DNA of 64,000 nucleotides from the NCBI GenBank assembly GCA_028023455.1, contig JAQFVV010000010.1:12710001-12774000 (forward strand), written 5' to 3'. The notes beneath the pieces were generated by a model that made no database searches, was not told where the DNA came from, and saw only the letters and a program-made list of their open reading frames with translations. The DNA comes from Epiperipatus broadwayi. Lineage: Eukaryota; Animalia; Onychophora. Below, piece by piece: positions 24,556 through 35,703 of the stretch. The position numbers were made by a program, and so were the translations under genes. Numbering within the stretch: position 1 is the stretch's first letter; each line of letters opens with the position of its first letter.

Positions 24556-26228
24556 TGTACTATATATGTGGCACAATCAGCATTGGTATTTTAAATTTAA
24601 AAGATTAAATTCCAAGAAATATAAAAGTTATTTTTGTAATAGTTTTAACAAGGCTGTAAACCTTAGCAATGAGCGTCTGAAAAAATCGTCACTAGGGACC
24701 TCTGTAGGTCTTTAAAACACATGCTTACGCTATGAAGAAAAGAGAGAATCATAGCATAAGCATGTGTTTTAAAGACCTACAGAGGTCCCTAGTGACGATT
24801 TTTTCAGACGCTCATTGCTAAGGTTTACAGCCTTGTTAAAACTATTACTGAAATAATAGTGAGCGTTTAATAAAATTTATAATTAAAAGTTATTTTTGTA
24901 AATTTTGTTTGTGTGATTTATTTTAGATACAATGGAAATTGTAGTTTCTATAACTACCTTTAAAAAAAAAAAGAGAGAATAGAAAAAATTACTTTTAGAT
25001 TTTACTGAGATAAGAATGTAAATTCTTAAGCTCAAGCAATTATAATTACTTTCATTAAAAATACAGCATTCTTTTGCCACTAATTAAAGATTACCACTGA
25101 AGGGAGGGAGGGAGGGAGATAACTTTGTAAACAGAAAAATGGAAATGTGTAAATTTGTAAAAGTTAAATCAGGGATAGAGAAAAAAAAGATGTAAATGGG
25201 ATACGCACAGTGGACTTAAATTAGGAGAGTATAAAAGAATTGACATTGCTGAGCAGGGGTCTTCTTCTTTTCACCATATCACCAGATAGAAAATTGAAGT
25301 AAATTGCATTTTTTTCTACAGAGTGAAGACCAGCTGTTTTCTTATATTTTTAACAGCAGGCTTGGTCTTCGTAAAATGTGCGAGTAGAGAATAGTATATC
25401 CACTGACACTTTCTTTTTCCCTGCAGTCTCAATAATGTCATGATTGAATCCCCATCACCTATTTGAAGATTAGAAGCCCGGATTGCATACCAAGATACTG
25501 TGAGGAAGTCACTCAATGGATCCCAATAAAAACAAAGCCACGCATGGTAATTTGCTCAGTGATAGAAATAATCAATTGAAACTTACTAGTAAGAAACTTT
25601 ATTTTGTGTTATATGTGATCACATTAAGAAAATTATAAGTACTGTTGAAATGCTATAAGAAATCTTATTAAAGACTGAATTAAGGTAACTCCCTAGAACA
25701 GCAATAATTGACTTTCAAGAAACAAATTAATTTGATATTTCGAACACAAATATTTGTCACTGTGAGTATTGAGTTGTGTATTATATTTAAAGGGTTTACT
25801 TTTTTTTATTATTCTATTATTATTACTAATAAATGTGTGGTAAAATTATAAAAAATAATAAATCATAGAAATATAATTTACTCTGTCATTTATTTAATTT
25901 GATTGTTATAGTATTATTAGTTAAATCTATTCTAATTGTTCTAATTATAAATGCCAATGTTATATCATAAATTACAATCCTCCAGAAAGTAGTAATTGAA
26001 TAAGCATAGGGAGGAGAGAGTCAGTGGATTCACATCTAGAATTCTGACACCTATGAAATAAATGAAAAGCTGTTTTTTCCTGACTATTATTAAAACATAA
26101 TTATAATAAATTGGGATTGTTTGATCAGGAAAAATAGTTATGTTATTGAGAATACTTGGCAGACATAACTTGATCAATGAATATACTGAAGATTAATAGC
26201 GTATACTAATTTACCGATAAATGGTACA
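24556..26228 (+). mobile_element. Putative solo LTR (1673 bp)
   Basis: TGTACTAT...ATGGTACA termini and TSD GTAT. Absent from the paralogous segment at about 29680. Internal TATAAAAG and AATAAA. Confidence 0.7.
24636..24848. repeat. Near-perfect palindrome with 100-bp arms and a 13-bp spacer
   Basis: 24636-24735 versus 24749-24848 with one mismatch; purine-rich loop AGAAAAGAGAGAA. Confidence 0.95.
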
Positions 26229-29200
26229 GTATGTAGCCTATTCCAGTATCATTTTTAAAAATGTGTTATATATAATTAATTTTATCATTTCATAAAATTA
26301 ATAGCTTAAAAATACTTATACTGAAGTTAGTATCTTATGATTTTTTATTAGTTGTCTTTTTATTTTTCATCTTAGCCTTAGTAAGTCAATGTTCACAATA
26401 CATATACTCTTTTAACTGGTTTCTTGTTAATAAGCTTTAATAACAGTGAGAGAAACTATTAGTTAAAGAATTGCATTGGTTTCAGTTATTTTTCATTATG
26501 TTATTTAAGCTTTTACTTTATTTTCAATACTTTGGACAAGATTCGGCTTAGATTTAATATCTTAGGCATTAATTTTGAGTTTACATAAAATATTTTCATG
26601 AATTGAGAAGTAGAATAATACAAGGTCTTCCATTAATAGAAGATCACAGTAGAAAAAATATATTAAAAAGGCAAACTAAGAGCTTGTATTTATAAAATGT
26701 GTTCAAATGTTAACTTATTCTCAGTTTACAAATTTAAATGCTCTATCCAGTCAGTATTTTCTGTGTTGGTGGTATCCGGAGCAATGGAGCTATGTGCCTC
26801 AATAATTAACTGATATTTGTGTTTTATCAGATAATTGGCAAATAGTTGTTGTTTTATCATCACTTGATCTTAGTGGATATTGACAGTTCTTTATTATAGA
26901 TGGACCATATTTATATGCAATCACAACACTGCGATTGTCTCATAATCTAATGCAGCTATTAAATTTTTTCTTCAATTTAGTATTAGTTGTTTGGATTAAT
27001 GGGTCTTCATTTAATTAAATATTTTAAGTACCAAAATGATAGCATGAGAATTCTCAGACATTAAATTTATTAAATGATAATGTAATTATTTTTATGAGTT
27101 ATAAATAATTGTAAAAGGGAGAGAAAATTATAAAATAAGATAAGCAAGTTTTTATAATTAATTACTAGTTTTAATTTTTAACTTTGAAAATATATTAAGA
27201 GAAAATAAGTTTCTCTTTTTAGTAAATTATTTAATAATATTTAATTTTAACCTTTAAGAGAGATAAGGTTTTGTGTTTAGGAATATTTTGAAAGCGAAAA
27301 AGAAATAAGATTTTAATATTTTTTTATTAAATTTTATTTTAATTAGTCAGAGGTGTTTTTTTCTCTTTATCTCTCTTAAATACAAAAATCAAATCAGTGC
27401 AATTAATTGATTATTTGTTGTTGTTTTTCGCAATATTTTTTTTTAATTAAAAAAGGAATGTCAAAAATTTGTTGATTCTATTTAAAATTTTTGACTTGTT
27501 TTCCAATGTCAATTTTTAAGGAGGAACTGAACCATATACTTGTAAAAATTTACCTAATTGGTTGTTGTAAAAATTGTCATATATTTAGAGACAAATTCTT
27601 ATTGGCTTGAAAACAGGGTTCCAAAAAATAATAGGGACATGAATAAGTCAAGACCTAAGTGTCTGATAAGAAGAAGTTAGTCCTTAGTTGTTGAAGAGAA
27701 AAGTCAAGTCTTGACTAAGCAGTTGAATAATATAGTAGGAGAAAAGAAATTCCTGACTTAGCTGAAAAAGAAGAAAAGAAGCAGAAGTCTTCACCAATTT
27801 GTTGCATAGAACAGTTGAAGTTTTAAACCAAGCTTTTAGTACACTATGGGTTTAGTTATAAAAATGTTTTTTACAATGAAAACTATGTGCCAAGTTAGTT
27901 AAAAGCTAGACATCATCTTTCTCCATATAACCTGTCATCACTAAAATAAAATATAAGGGAGAAGTTACTCCTGCAGTAATCTGAAACAAACTTTGTCTTC
28001 AACCAAGAGCACGAGTCTGTATATTGGTCTCATCTGGTAATTTTAGTGGAAAGAAAATGAATAAAATTTTGCTATTGATTAACCTGGAAATACTGCATAC
28101 CAAGAAAAGGACAAATTAATCATGTACATTGTATAGAAGTCTTCAAGGAGAAAACTTATCTGGAAAAACTGGAAAGGACTCCATAGAAGAATAAAACCAT
28201 GGTTGAAGGTATTTTTGTGCGCATACTGTATTTTTATTTATAATAAAAAAGACACTTTTTTTGTAAGAATTAATGATTTTAAATATTTTCATTAAGTTAA
28301 TATTTTCAAATTGTGAAACTTTTTTTTTTTAATCCATTCAGTTTTTTTTTTTTTTTAAATTATGAGTTTTTTTAGAAAATGTAATTTTTTTTTAAATTAA
28401 AATTTTGGTTTTTGAAATATATTTTTCTTTTCATTCATTTATTCCATTGCCACTCCCACCCCCAATTTAACAAAGGATTAAGTAAACTTAATCAAAGATT
28501 GTTATCTTTGATTTTGATAATGTTGTTTTCCTACTCGGTTATTTAAAGAAATAATTTAATGAATTAAAAGTTAATTAATTTAATGAGTGGACATCCTCAC
28601 CTATTGGCCATTTAAGTCATTGGATGTCTGTTATCTATCACCTGCTTATTGGTCTGTGATGATACATGCTCAATCCAATTTGTGCATGTGTATTTTTTCA
28701 CGCAGCACATAGCAAATTTTATACTATTATGTCATTTTTTTAAAATTTTTTGTTTATTAATTTTATTAATAACTAATCAGTTTTTAAATAATTGTTTTAA
28801 AAAATATTGTTTTAGTGGTGGTGTCTTTATACTTCCTGCTATCTTTTACATGAATTGGCAGTGTCTATGATCTGATTTTGATACAACTTAGTTTTCTAGG
28901 GTATTTAAAGTATCCCAGTAAAACTATTTAATTATAATAGGGTAAACCTATGAATTATTTAAAGTGAATAGAATAAACTTTTATTTATTTATTTATTTAT
29001 CTCTTGCTCACAGCAATAGTTTATAGAGTTCTTGCTTCCTGAGCTAGGTTAGAGCATAACAGTTAGTTATATGGATTAGGAGTTTAGGTTAGTGTTTGGA
29101 TTCCAGATAATAACTCTGGATGGTGCAAAGATATATTATCCTTTAAAGTCCATGCACTACATTTCATTTTTTTTATTTATTAGAAATTAAGTTTATAGTT

Positions 29201-29284
29201 GGCCAGTGCATTAATGATTAAATATTTATATCTTAATATAAAGCTGAGCACTGATTGTATATATGTGTGGAGATGGTAATCTGG

Positions 29285-29328
29285 ACCAACTGACGAGTGC
29301 TGGTTTAGCATGAAATACATATATTGGT
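29285..29328 (+). ncRNA. Minimal type I hammerhead ribozyme (TACGTA family)
   Basis: ACCAA-CTGACGA-GTGCTG(GTT)TAGCAT-GAAA-TACATA-TA-TTGGT. Canonical core, 5-bp stem I and AUA triplet. Confidence 0.8.
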
Positions 29329-29779
29329 GATTATTTATCATTTCAACATATGTGTGATCAGGTAGGTCAGCAATATGAGATGGCTTGGCGAGTTGAGGGT
29401 TGTGTGAGTCTGAGTTCGAATCCCTTATATATTACATATATATCTGTATGTGCAGGTGTAAGTCTGTACAGTGTATTAATTTAATATATATTTTGTAAAA
29501 CTAATGATGGTATAAATGTTTGTATTCATTATTTACTATATTACATAATAATCACAAATTGCCATACTTTTATTAGTTTTTATCAAGAATAAATATATGT
29601 TTATTTGAAGCATAGGAATTTCTCGGAGACATAGCATAGGATGAGTGTTTTTTTTTTATTAAAAATTTTATTCAAGATATGTAAAAAATTGTTATATATA
29701 ACTAATTTTATCTTTTCATAACTAATTTTATCATTTCATAAAATTAATAACTTAAAAATACTTATACTGAAGTTAGTAT

Positions 29780-32489
29780 TGAAACAGTAGGGTCTGCTTT
29801 GCAGATCTTCGTTTCACCTTTTCTCACCTACTTCCTACCCTCATACCTTAGTTTGAACCCCAATCTATCGTAGTGTGTCTGCAATACACTTATATGCCGA
29901 AAATCCTGCCTAATTTTAAACCACGAGCACAATGCTCGTATTATATATATAACTTATTCCCAAATAAAATAAAATATTATGAATTATGTATTTGTTCACA
30001 TAATTTACATTTATTAAAAAGTAAGTTATATAAGTCGTAATTGCGCACACACTATGATATCCATTTTAAAACATATCAAAATTATAAATTGTTAAAGTTA
30101 TTTTGTTTGAATCTATTTACAAATATATTACCGCCATAATGTATTTTGATTTAAAATAAAACTCATTTAGTAAATATTCGTTTAGTAAATAGATTCAAAT
30201 ATTGCAATTTAAAAGTAAAATAACTTTCGTTTAATTTAATAAAAGTTATCCCAAATATTTCTTTAAAATAAATGAGGGACAATAGTTTAATTAGTTAATA
30301 TTATATAAGTTTATCTAAAAATAGCAGATGTCCACTTACGGTTTTCTTTAATTAGTAAAAGTAATTTTTAATTAAATTAGTTTGTAATTCGAATGTCGAC
30401 AGGGAAATTAATAAAAGAAATTAATTAATGTTGAATTCCTTTAGACATTCGGATGATTTAATTACAGCTGATAGGTCCGATATATTTTTGTAATGCTCCA
30501 GGGCAGTTCTATTGTTAAAGTCTCCTATAAAAAGAAGCGTTTTCTTTTGTTCTCCAGTTTTATTCTAATGTTTCTAAGAGAAATCATTCTGAGTTCTATT
30601 CTAAGAATTTGCTAACCTTGACATGATAGAGTAGAGGCGTTAAGATGGCTTTGTCCCCTCAGAATAGCCGGCCGCTGCTCCAGACCATCGGAAGCTATCG
30701 CATAGGGAACCCCGGAACTGCTGCTGCTGCAAAAATATAAACATTTCCAGATTTTGCTGTTAGGTTATATAAAAACCTGCCGACCATCAATCTACCTAAA
30801 ATGCTTCTCCAGAGGTAACCCTAAATTAACCCAAGAGCTCTTGTGATAACTAACATGCTATAGCTATTTAAAAATGTTTTTCTTATATTTCACATAACTT
30901 CGTTATGTATTTCTTTAACGTGTTTAAATATACTCAACATTTTGCTCTCTATCCTTGGGTTGATATTTTCTATTTATTAAGCTTTCTGTTATTTTATTAT
31001 GATAATGTGTCAGAATCGTCTTTGACCGAGTGAATTATTCCTTTTGTTGAAACTAAGATGCCGCTATAAAGGCATATTTTAAATTTCTAAATAATTTCCA
31101 ATTTTTATTATCTTGCAAATCACTCGTTCGAGGGCGATTCTTTTCTTTAATATATAATATAATCACATAGTTTAAAATCTACATGTTATTGATTTTAATC
31201 TACTATGAGAGTATGTGCGAGGTCAATGATTTAAATGTGTCCCCAAATGCATGATTGCTTATATAAATCTATACTTACTTTTCAAACCCGCAAGCATGCA
31301 TTTTCTTATTTTAATTACCGTGTTCTACTTTAATTACAAAGTTCATCATTGACGTCGAGAATGTGCGGACCCTTTTAAATGAATTTTTGGGAATTTGATT
31401 GGGCATTTCTCTTAATCCAAGTAAAACCCATTTAGATGTTTTATATATACTAGTCTCATATTGCTGGTACATGAATTGGTTGTTGAGACCGCTTTGTTTT
31501 ACTTTTCCAAGGATTCTTTACACGGCCAAAGTCCGTTCGTTTGCGGTTTCCAGGCAGAGTGTGTCCCCAAATGACACACCTGGGAATTAAACGCAATCGT
31601 CACCCAGTCACTAAGTTTCGGCTGTTCGTCAAAATACTTTTCTACGGGTTAGCGGCGAGACGCCCTCCGTAATCATTCCGGATATTCGATATTGTTTTAT
31701 TTTATATTTATTATACAAAGCATCTGTGACTTAAACATGTCACACCCTCCAACTTTAATAAATTCATTATCAGCAATACTGACCTCCCAATGCAACTCTA
31801 TTATTATTATTCTCAAATAAATGCTTTGATCACATTCCCACTTTGTTGCTTAGTAAGCTTTAGTCCGTGCTATTCTCAAAATCAATAAATATTTTAGAAC
31901 ACTTAATTTTCAAATATTTTCTTAAACTTGTATAATTACTCAAAGCACCTTGCACATGTTCCTATCTCGTCAAGCACATTATCGTAATGCTATTAGCCCG
32001 AGGAATAGAATATATCACTTTGTTTTAAAGTCTTTTTGTCAGTTGTGGGCATATAATGCCAACAATTATTTAATACGCGTCCCTGTCTCATATAAGCAGA
32101 CAGTGGCGTTATATATCTAATTTATATGAATAAATTTTGTGAAATTATTTAAAACTAAATTTGATATCTTATTTTATTGATTCCTATCACTGTCACGGTC
32201 TATATATATATATTTTCTGCATTTCTTTTGTAAATCCATAGATGTTAATTAGCCACCCAAGCTTCTTTTAGTATAGAGTCTTTTGTTTCTCCCTGACCAC
32301 CAGGCACTGGTCAAAGGTTATACTAGTAGTGGCATCAGATGCGTTATCACATAGATGGCGCTGTGAAATTTGGACTTTAGATTCGAACTTAGTATATCTA
32401 GAAGGCAACCCCTCCTAGAATGTTCAGTTTCGTATCTGGGGTTTGAATTCTGCAGTGTGTTAGCGAGATAGACGATTCTGACTGTTACA
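29780..32489 (+). mobile_element. Large solo LTR, copy B (2710 bp)
   Basis: TGAAACAG...CTGTTACA termini and TSD GTAT. The empty paralogous site is at 26330. Confidence 0.85.
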
Positions 32490-34911
32490 GTATATTATGA
32501 TTTTTTACTAGTTTTATTTTTATTTTTCATCTTAAACTTAGTAAGTCACTGTTCACAATACATATACTCTTTTAACTGGTTTCTTGTTAATAAGCTTTAA
32601 TAACAGTGAGAGAAACTATTAGTCAAAGAATTGCATTGGTTTCAGTTGTTTTTCATTATGTTATTTAAGCTTTTACTTTATTTTCAACACTTTGGACAAG
32701 ATTCGGCTTAGATTTAATATCTTAGGCTTTAATTTTAAGAATTTACATATAATATTTTCATGAATTGAGAAGTAGAATAATACAAGGTCTCAATTAGTAA
32801 GTGTCACAGTAGATAAAATAGATTAAAAAAGCAAAATAAGAACCTGTATTTATAAAATTTGTTTAAATGTTAACTATTATTCTCAATATACAAATTTTAA
32901 CATTTTATTTAATCAAAAACACTGTTGGTGGTATCAAGAGCAATAGAGCTATATACTTCAATAATTAACTGATATTTGTGTTTTATCATTGACAAATAGT
33001 TGCTGTTTTATCATCACTTGATCTTGGTGGAGATTGACAGATTTTTATCATAGATGAACCATATTTATGTGTCATCACAACACTGTTATTATTTCATGAT
33101 CTGGTGCAGTTATTAAATTTGACTTCAGTTCAGTATTGGAATTATTTGGATTCATTCATCCTTGTTGAGACATATCATTGTCTATAAAAGTATGCTGTAC
33201 ATTATGATGCTAGAATTATAACACATGCTATATGATTAAAAATATGAATTTCAGAATATTCAAATTTAGATTAAGAATATTTTGTTATAAATATTATAAA
33301 ATATATTTATACAATATCTTAATCAATTTTTTTTGATTCCCATGTTGTTGTCTTTTTAAATGTTAAGATCCGATCATCTATATTCCAGATTTCAGAATTA
33401 AAAGTACAAGACAGTTACATATTTATAAAATAGATTTCATTTTATTTCACTTAAAAAACAAACAAACCTTCATTATGTAATAATTATACACACAGTGCTA
33501 TACTTTTAATAATAGTAGTATAAATTTCTATTGAAAAATGAACAGGCACAAATTATACCTAGATTTTTTCTGAGATTTTTTTTTTGAGACTTTCAGGATT
33601 GTATTTTTCATTAATTTTAATAAAATAAGAAACAACATGTGCTATAAGGAGGAGAGCCTCATAATATGGGTGTTAGCTCATCTTCCAACCAAACTTATTT
33701 TGAATTGTAATTTAGCCCAAGAGAAACTTGAAATTTTTTTAAAAATTCAAACAAGTTTAAGTTTTTTTTTTTAAGTAGCCATCTACTAATGAAGCAGGCT
33801 AAATGGTCTAGATTAATTTCAAGTGGCCAGATGAATACCTTCGTGACTAGTGATGATGATGTCATAATACAGTTTAAATAAAATTAGAAATTATTGAATT
33901 CAATATTAATAAACACAAAAACTTATAAGTAAAGTTTAAAAGAGAAGTTATAAATAAATATAATAATAAGCCAAACGTTGTTACTTGGCCCATTTCTTCG
34001 ATATATCAAAGCAAGTGTCTTTTCTATTTATAGCATTAATATTTCCATTAATATAGAATGCTTAAATAAATAAATAATTGAAAGATTTATTGTTTAGAAG
34101 TTCATGAAAAATTTGAAAATCAGAAATAACAGAACTAGAGACAATCCATAGATGTTCCATTGAGTCTGCCATGTTATCTGTGCACTAAATTACACAAACC
34201 TGTGATATGTTGATTATTGTAGTGATAAAGTTTAGTGCAGATTATTAATTTTTTATCATCTAAATAAAAGATAATAATTTGATATGAATTAACAATTATA
34301 TTTCTGCTTTTTTTTAGTATTTATTTAATACTGAATAAAGCTTAATATATTTATGATTAAGAGTTTATGGTTCAATGTTAGTGTATTAGTTCAATGTGCT
34401 TACAATATAATTGAAGCCAGACATTTTTTAGGCATTGAAAAATTCTCCGTCAGCTACAAATGCAGTCATTATTCCTCTAGTAATGAAATGAGGTGTTACT
34501 TTATTTTAACTTTATTTTTGTTTATTACTGCTTTGAAAACTTCAAGAGCAAAGCAGAATTAGATTGTGAAAATATTAAATATTAATGCCAAAATAATTGT
34601 GACTTTTGAAAGTATTCTAGCAATATTAAACTTTATATGAAAAGATGTCTGCCCATCCTTGCATATGTTTTAAATGGATTATGTCCTGTACATGGGGGGT
34701 TCAGATTGACCTTGAGTCAACATGGGTGTGACAAGAATCTCTACCTCAGGGTGGCCTTTGAGCATTCCATCATCAGATTTTCAATTGGATGGACGGTTGA
34801 AGAGTTGGAGTGTGTAGTAGATTGGAGCCTGTCCATTAAAGTATGAAGATTGTCTATCTTAATATATATCTGAGCACTTATAGTATATATGTTTGGGAGA
34901 TGATAATCTGG

Positions 34912-34955
34912 ACCAACTGATGATTGCTGGTTTAGCATGAAATACGTATATTGGT
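34912..34955 (+). ncRNA. Hammerhead ribozyme (TACGTA family) in a repeat of about 400 bp (about 34700-35060)
   Basis: ACCAA-CTGATGA-TTGCTG(GTT)TAGCAT-GAAA-TACGTA-TA-TTGGT with palindromic ATACGTAT stem III. Upstream sequence is shared with 8820-8940 and 29225-29285. Confidence 0.75.
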
Positions 34956-35269
34956 GATTATTTATCTTTTCAGCATATATGTGCTTGAGTGTATCAGTGT
35001 TATTAGATAGAGTGGAGAGTGATGGGTCATCTGAAAGTCTGTGCTCATATACCCTATATTACATATATAGACACAGGTATATAATATAGCTTGTGTTTCA
35101 GTTATTATGAATTTCATGCAACAACAATAGATACATATATGTTTACATATACATTGAATATTTGTGTAAAAACGTGCAAATATCTAAATTATATATATAT
35201 AATTGTCTATATAATGTTAAAAAAAATGTAAGTCAAATAATTTCTTACATTTGGGAAATATATATATTC

Positions 35270-35522
35270 TAGCACATGTGCGTGTGTGGCGCAACTGTTC
35301 CAAAAACTATAAAGTGTTAATATAAAATAGATAACTAAAAACAAACGAGCTGAGCGCTTTATCAAAGAAATGGAATTAGCATATTTGCATATCATTAAAT
35401 GTAGTAGCAAGCTATGATTATGAAGGCAAGATCCTTTGAAAGCGCTCAGCTCGTTTGTTTTTAGTTATCTATTTTATATTAACACTTTATAGCTTTTGGG
35501 AACAGTTGCGCCACACATGCTA
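35270..35522. mobile_element. MITE-like foldback with arms of about 80 bp
   Basis: 35283-35367 versus 35434-35518 inverted, with few mismatches. TA at both outer ends. Confidence 0.7.
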
Positions 35523-35590
35523 AAAAATGTAAATGAAAAATTGTTTGAATTTTATGTTTAATATTTAGTATCATTATTTAATTTTGTCAG

Positions 35591-35703
35591 GAATTAAAGA
35601 ACTTTATAATGATGTTAAGGAATACAAACGGATATCTGCAGATATAAGAAAGGGGAAAAAATTTTCAGAATTATCTAGGATAGAGCTAGAAAAATACAAA
35701 CAG
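35591..35703 (+). CDS. LETMD1: LETMD1-like exon B (GIKELYNDVKEYKRISADIRKGKKFSELSRIELEKYKQ)
   Basis: TTTTGTCAG acceptor and GTTAGT donor. Phase 1 in, completing the Gly codon from exon A; phase 0 out. Confidence 0.8.

Larger units (their letters stand above)
24351..33150 (+). repeat. Two paralogous segments of about 1 kb (24351-24555 plus 26229-27010, and 29480-29779 plus 32490-33150), each interrupted by different solo LTRs
   Basis: Shared blocks such as ATAATCACAAATTGCC, TACTTATACTGAAGTTAGTAT and TTGGACAAGATTCGGCTTAG. The empty site GTAT at 26330-26333 corresponds to the filled site at 29776-32493. Confidence 0.8.
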
